This document shows positions 59,766 to 64,000 of a DNA stretch of 64,000 nucleotides, one piece after another. The number at the start of each line of letters is the position of its first letter. The first letter of the stretch is position 1. The DNA is from an uncultured delta proteobacterium. GTDB lineage: Bacteria; Myxococcota; B64-G9. The position numbers and the translations under genes are program-made. The notes below the pieces were generated by a model. The model was given only the letters and a program-made list of their open reading frames with translations. It was not told the DNA's origin and made no database searches. The stretch covers positions 1 to 64,000 of the forward strand of contig CAVWHX010000007.1 in the NCBI GenBank assembly GCA_963754925.1. The letters run 5' to 3'.

Positions 59766-61125
59766 CTACACCGCCGACAGAAGCCTTTTGGAAGCCAGCC
59801 GAGCACCCTCGGCGATTTTCATCTCGTCCATCCGGACCAGGTGCTGGTCACGCACGACCACGCGGCCATTCACGAGCACCGTATCGGCTCGCTGATCGAC
59901 CCCGCACAACAGCAGTGCGGCGGCCGGGTCGCTCAAAGCGCCCGCATAGGCAAGTCCCGTTAAATCAAAGAGAGCCAGATCCGCCGCCATTCCGGTGCGA
60001 ATGGCCCCGAGGTCGCTGCGACCCAGCACCTGGGCTCCGCCGGTGCACGCCATGCGGAAAACACGGCGCACCGGCATGGCATCGACAGCGGTGCCCACCC
60101 GATGAATCAGCAACGACATCTGTAGCTCGCGCAGCATGTTCGAGGAGTCGTTTGACGCGCTGCCGTCGACGGCCAGCCCCACCGGGACACCGGCGTCGAG
60201 CATGGCCGGTATGGGCGCGATGCCGGAACCCAATCGAAGGTTCGAGGTGGGGCAATGCGCAACCCCCGTTTGGGTTTTACGCAGGAGGTCAATCTCCGCA
60301 GCGGTAAGAAACACCGCATGCGCAAACCATACATCCGGACCGAGCCAACCAAGCTCATCGGCATAGGCGAGCGGCCGTTTTCCGAAGCGTTCCTGACAAT
60401 AGCGCTCCTCGTCCATGGTTTCGGCGAGATGCGTATGGAGCCGAACCTTTCTTCTGACGAGCCAGTTCGGCCACCGAACGCATCAACGACGGCGTTACCG
60501 AAAACGGCGAGCAGGGCGCAAGCGACACCTGGCAGCACGAGAATGGTCGGGGATCGTGAAAGGCATCGATCACGCGGTCGCAGTCGGTCAGGATCTCGTC
60601 TTCATCTTGTATGACCGACTCGGGCGGCAGACCTCCCGAGCCTCGACCGAGGCTCATGCTTCCGCGTGAGAGGTGCAAACGAATGCCGAGCTCCCGCGCG
60701 GCTTGCGCCTCGGCCGCGAAAAGATCCCCCTCAATATCCTTGGGCACTAAATAATGGTGGTCGGCCGCGGTGGTGCAGCCGGTAAGCAAGAGCTCGCCGA
60801 GGCCTGCCAACGCCGCAGCATACAGATCAGCTGCCGTGAGGCGTTTCCAAATATCGTACAGATAGGTAAGCCAATCGAAGAGCTTTGCGTCCTGAACCGC
60901 CGGGAGGCAACGGGTAAGCACCTGAAACAGGTGGTGGTGGGTGTTAATGAAACCCGGCGTCAGAAGCTTGCCGGTAGCGTCAATAATCTCATCGGCCGCA
61001 ACGTCGAGGTTTCTGCCCACCGCTGCGATGGCGGGGCCGTCTGTCAGGACATCGCCGCCTCTGATCTCGCCAATCGTATCTAAGGTGAGAACCGCCAACG
61101 CATTTTTTATCAGAATGCGGGCCAT
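59766..61125 (-). CDS. 8-oxoguanine deaminase-like amidohydrolase (indel near 60450)
   Basis: NTHHHLFQ, APCSPFSV, HTHLAET (across the shift), HCPTSNLRLGSG, VDGSASND. Confidence 0.88.
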
Positions 61126-61146
61126 GGGTGGCTCGGACTGCCCCGG

Positions 61147-62832
61147 TTACTGGGATAGATCGATGTTAAGCACTTCGGCGCTTGAGGCGACTTGGTCATT
61201 TGAGAAAGTAGCCGTATTTGTCGATGTACCACCGACGAGAATCAAGCGCCCATCAGGCAGCAGCGATGCGGTGTGCCCGGTCCGCGGCATGCGCATGGGA
61301 GGACCGCTGTATATTGTGTAATTGCCAGGAGCAGCGCACGTCGAAGGATTTGAATTATTTGGAATAAGGTAGAACGTACTTCCCGGCGGTGTTGAATCTC
61401 CTCCCGCCACGAATACCTTGCCGACGGCCGTGCCTGATGGGTTGGGTATTGGCGTTGCTGTATAACCGGTGGTAGGGAACCCAGTCACACCAGAAGGTAA
61501 TGTCAACCCACACTGTACCCATGACGTCGTTCCTGGCCTGTATTCAATATAAACTACCTGAGGAACACCCGACAATCCGCCAAAAAATAATGCCGCTTTA
61601 TTCGCAGGTGCAATCCCATACGCGGGTATCTTCACACCAAGCGGATGATTACGAAGCGGTAACGCCAGGGAACTTTCGGTAAAGAAAAAAGTTGTAGCTA
61701 TGTTCGGATCTTGATTCAATAAACCAACATTTGAGGAGGAAGCTGCACTTCCATACAATAAGGTGTCCACCACAGTTGCAGGGGTGACGGTAAATGGATC
61801 TTGTGTCGTTGGAACCACTAAAGTCTCCGTAATAGTAGATTCAGCCAAGTTAGCTCCCGAAAGCAAAACCGTGGGATTTGAGCCATCGTTTATCAAGATT
61901 TGACTGCCTTGTAATACTGTCGCTTCGTGTCCGACACGTCCGTTGGTTAAGGAGCCGACATCCGTAACTGATACCTGATTGTAAACCTGCGTGGGATCGT
62001 ACGGTTGAGTCATCTTTGCTCCGTCTATAACAGTGATAGTTTTGAGAGGGGCAGGAAGGAGGCAAAAGCAAAGTGGTGGTGGTGGTGGGCATCCGCAGAC
62101 AAAATAGGGTCTGCCCCCTACTATTACAACCCGGCCATCACTCAACAGCGATGCGGTGTGGTTATCAATATGGAGCGTTTCTGTCGTAGTAGGGGTTGGT
62201 TGTATCGGAAGGAAACTTTGGTTGTAAGGATCAATCAGAAAAGCCGCTGTCGTAATGGTAGTCGGAAGAGCGCTGCCGGAGCCGACCACCATCACGTGGC
62301 CGCTGGGAAATAGCGTGGCGGTATGGCCTTGGGCAGGGAACGGCATTTTTTCACAAGAGGTTACGACGCTATTTGCCAACGTCATAAATTCATTTCCATC
62401 CCATGTCGTCGAAGTTGATGTAAGTCCCACCAACCTAAAAAACGGGATCGATATGGCATTGTCCTTGGTCGGATCGAGTTTGACAGGGTATGAAACACCT
62501 TGAGCTTTGGGCACGTTACTTGAGAGCCCCGTGACCACAATCCTCACAGTCGCACCGGACCCGAGATCCTGAATCAACTTTTTTACATCAACTTTATATG
62601 CAGCATTTTGGATCGTTTCGGAACATAACGGTTGGCCGTACACTGAGTTGTCTGCGGCATTAAGAATCGACAAGCAATATTGAGTGATACCGGTTACCAA
62701 GGTATTATACTCTCCGGAGTCGCATCCACTCACGATCTGCATGCTGAGTTTGACATCGACCGACTTACCGCAGTCAAGCACCATTCCCAGCAAAAAAATT
62801 ACTAACGCACCCTGCGCAAAAAAGTATTTCAT
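61147..62832 (-). CDS. Secreted Thr/Ser-rich Kelch-repeat protein, probable lipoprotein
   Basis: Signal ending VLDC; repeats GHTATLFPSG, HTASLLSDGRVVIVGG, RTGHTASLLPDGRLILVGG. Confidence 0.8.
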   Translation of the reverse strand: MKYFFAQGALVIFLLGMVLDCGKSVDVKLSMQIVSGCDSGEYNTLVTGITQYCLSILNAADNSVYGQPLCSETIQNAAYKVDVKKLIQDLGSGATVRIVVTGLSSNVPKAQGVSYPVKLDPTKDNAISIPFFRLVGLTSTSTTWDGNEFMTLANSVVTSCEKMPFPAQGHTATLFPSGHVMVVGSGSALPTTITTAAFLIDPYNQSFLPIQPTPTTTETLHIDNHTASLLSDGRVVIVGGRPYFVCGCPPPPPLCFCLLPAPLKTITVIDGAKMTQPYDPTQVYNQVSVTDVGSLTNGRVGHEATVLQGSQILINDGSNPTVLLSGANLAESTITETLVVPTTQDPFTVTPATVVDTLLYGSAASSSNVGLLNQDPNIATTFFFTESSLALPLRNHPLGVKIPAYGIAPANKAALFFGGLSGVPQVVYIEYRPGTTSWVQCGLTLPSGVTGFPTTGYTATPIPNPSGTAVGKVFVAGGDSTPPGSTFYLIPNNSNPSTCAAPGNYTIYSGPPMRMPRTGHTASLLPDGRLILVGGTSTNTATFSNDQVASSAEVLNIDLSQ

Positions 62833-63021
62833 GCTAAGATACCTCCAAGGAACTCCTGTGTACATTCTCTGGTACGCTAACCGATCGATGCCGTTGGTGT
62901 CAAACCCAAATACGCGAGATCGGCCGCAACCCCTCAGAGGGGAGAAAAGCATACATCAACATTTGACGCTGTAATGGTCTATTTGGTAGCATGGAGTGAT
63001 AGGTGAGGAGTCATCATTTCA

Positions 63022-64000
63022 ATGAACCAATCGAATAATGATGTTCTCCCGCGCGTTTTCGGCAAATACCATTTGATCGAGCGCATTGCGACCGGCGGTA
63101 TGGCCGAGCTCTTCCGGGCCAAGTTGTACGGCGCGGGCGGATTTGAAAAAGATCTGGCCATCAAGAAGGTGCTCCCGCACCTTGTTACCGACACCGCCTT
63201 TGTCCAAATGTTCATGGACGAGGCCATGATCACGGTCACGCTCAATCATGGCAACATCGTATCGGTGATGGACTTTGGAGAAATCGACGGCGAGTACTAC
63301 CTCGTCATGGAATTCGTCGACGGCGTCGATTTGCAGAGCCTCATCCGCCGCTCCAACGATACCAATACTCCCTTTCCGACATCGATCGCCTGCCATATTG
63401 CCCAAGAAATCTGCAGAGGGTTGGACTACGCCCACCGGAAGGTTGGCGCCGACGGAAGGCCGCTCAATATTGTCCATCGGGACATCAGCCCCCAGAACAT
63501 CCTCATCTCGTTCGAGGGCGAGGTGAAAATCGCCGACTTCGGCATCGCCCGGGCCGCTTCGCGCATCACTTCCACCCAAGCGGGAGTGCTCAAGGGCAAA
63601 GTCGCCTACATGAGTCCCGAGCAGTTGATGGGCCAACCCGTGGATAACCGTAGCGATATATTTGCCGTCGCGAACATTCTTTACGAGATGCTCACGAACC
63701 ACCGGCCTTTCGAGGGTTCTACCCCCCACGAAACCATGGCTCTGATCACCCGCGGGGTATATACCAAACCGAACAAATACAACAGTAAGATTCCGAAACG
63801 GCTGTCCGCGGTAATAACCAAGGCCCTAGAAAAGAATCTCAAGAAGCGCTACCGCACCGCCGGCGAAATGGCCGCAGATATAGCGGCCTTTCTCCACGAT
63901 GAACGACTGTATCTGGACGCCTCCACGGTGGCCGCCTTCATTTCGACCCGGTTGCCGGATTCGCGCCCCAAAACGGTGCAACCCACCCCCATTCGCACCA
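63022..64000 (+). CDS. Hanks-type Ser/Thr protein kinase, 3' partial (absent from the ORF track)
   Basis: Manual translation: FGKYHLIERIATGGMAELFRAK, LAIKK, HRDISPQN, DFG, KGKVAYMSPEQ; SD GAGGAG. Confidence 0.93.
   Translation, partial: MNQSNNDVLPRVFGKYHLIERIATGGMAELFRAKLYGAGGFEKDLAIKKVLPHLVTDTAFVQMFMDEAMITVTLNHGNIVSVMDFGEIDGEYYLVMEFVDGVDLQSLIRRSNDTNTPFPTSIACHIAQEICRGLDYAHRKVGADGRPLNIVHRDISPQNILISFEGEVKIADFGIARAASRITSTQAGVLKGKVAYMSPEQLMGQPVDNRSDIFAVANILYEMLTNHRPFEGSTPHETMALITRGVYTKPNKYNSKIPKRLSAVITKALEKNLKKRYRTAGEMAADIAAFLHDERLYLDASTVAAFISTRLPDSRPKTVQPTPIRT

Noticed and set aside
62050..62115. Cys/Pro-rich insert FVCGCPPPPPLCFC in the Kelch protein
   Set aside because: Overlaps a (GGT)n run, and another frame reads PTTTTTLLLP, which fits the Thr-rich protein better; may be compensating indels
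63019..63729. Long antisense ORFs, e.g. 63019..63729, 39039..39875, 48721..49428, 35002..35607
   Set aside because: Shadows of well-supported genes on the opposite strand, with no motifs of their own

Overview
Core chromosomal segment of a moderate-GC Myxococcota/'deltaproteobacterial' bacterium, inferred from Hanks-type kinases with PEGA domains, GltD/GltE-, AglZ/FrzS- and TmoK-like proteins, and PilZ and DUF4388-DnaJ proteins. It very likely spans the replication terminus: a dif site lies at 20187-20214, housekeeping genes converge on it, and a second, palindromic XerD/XerD-type site lies 39 bp away. Housekeeping content: tRNA-Val, thrS-infC-rpmI-rplT-merR, tRNA-Pro, cobO, an orphan rplC, suhB, yfgM-bamB, glgP, panD, tmk, ftsH, tilS, rne/rng, GH57 branching enzyme and glpD. 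The main accessory feature is a three-gene glycyl-radical enzyme cassette (uncharacterised GRE, ferredoxin-type activase, tandem split-barrel flavin-binding protein) sitting in inverted orientation between tilS and ftsH. Also notable: a 53-bp hairpin repeat array with covarying GA/GAA DNA mini-hairpins and a nested copy; a chimeric GltD-GltE TPR protein; a sigma54-driven V4R gene followed by an inverted-repeat-bounded, G-rich 175-nt element; a small standalone peptide gene; and a multi-thioredoxin/GILT-like lipoprotein. Many essential genes carry single-base indels, densest at 0.8-6.4 kb; these are most likely sequencing or assembly errors. All family assignments come from motif reading and recall, with no database searches.
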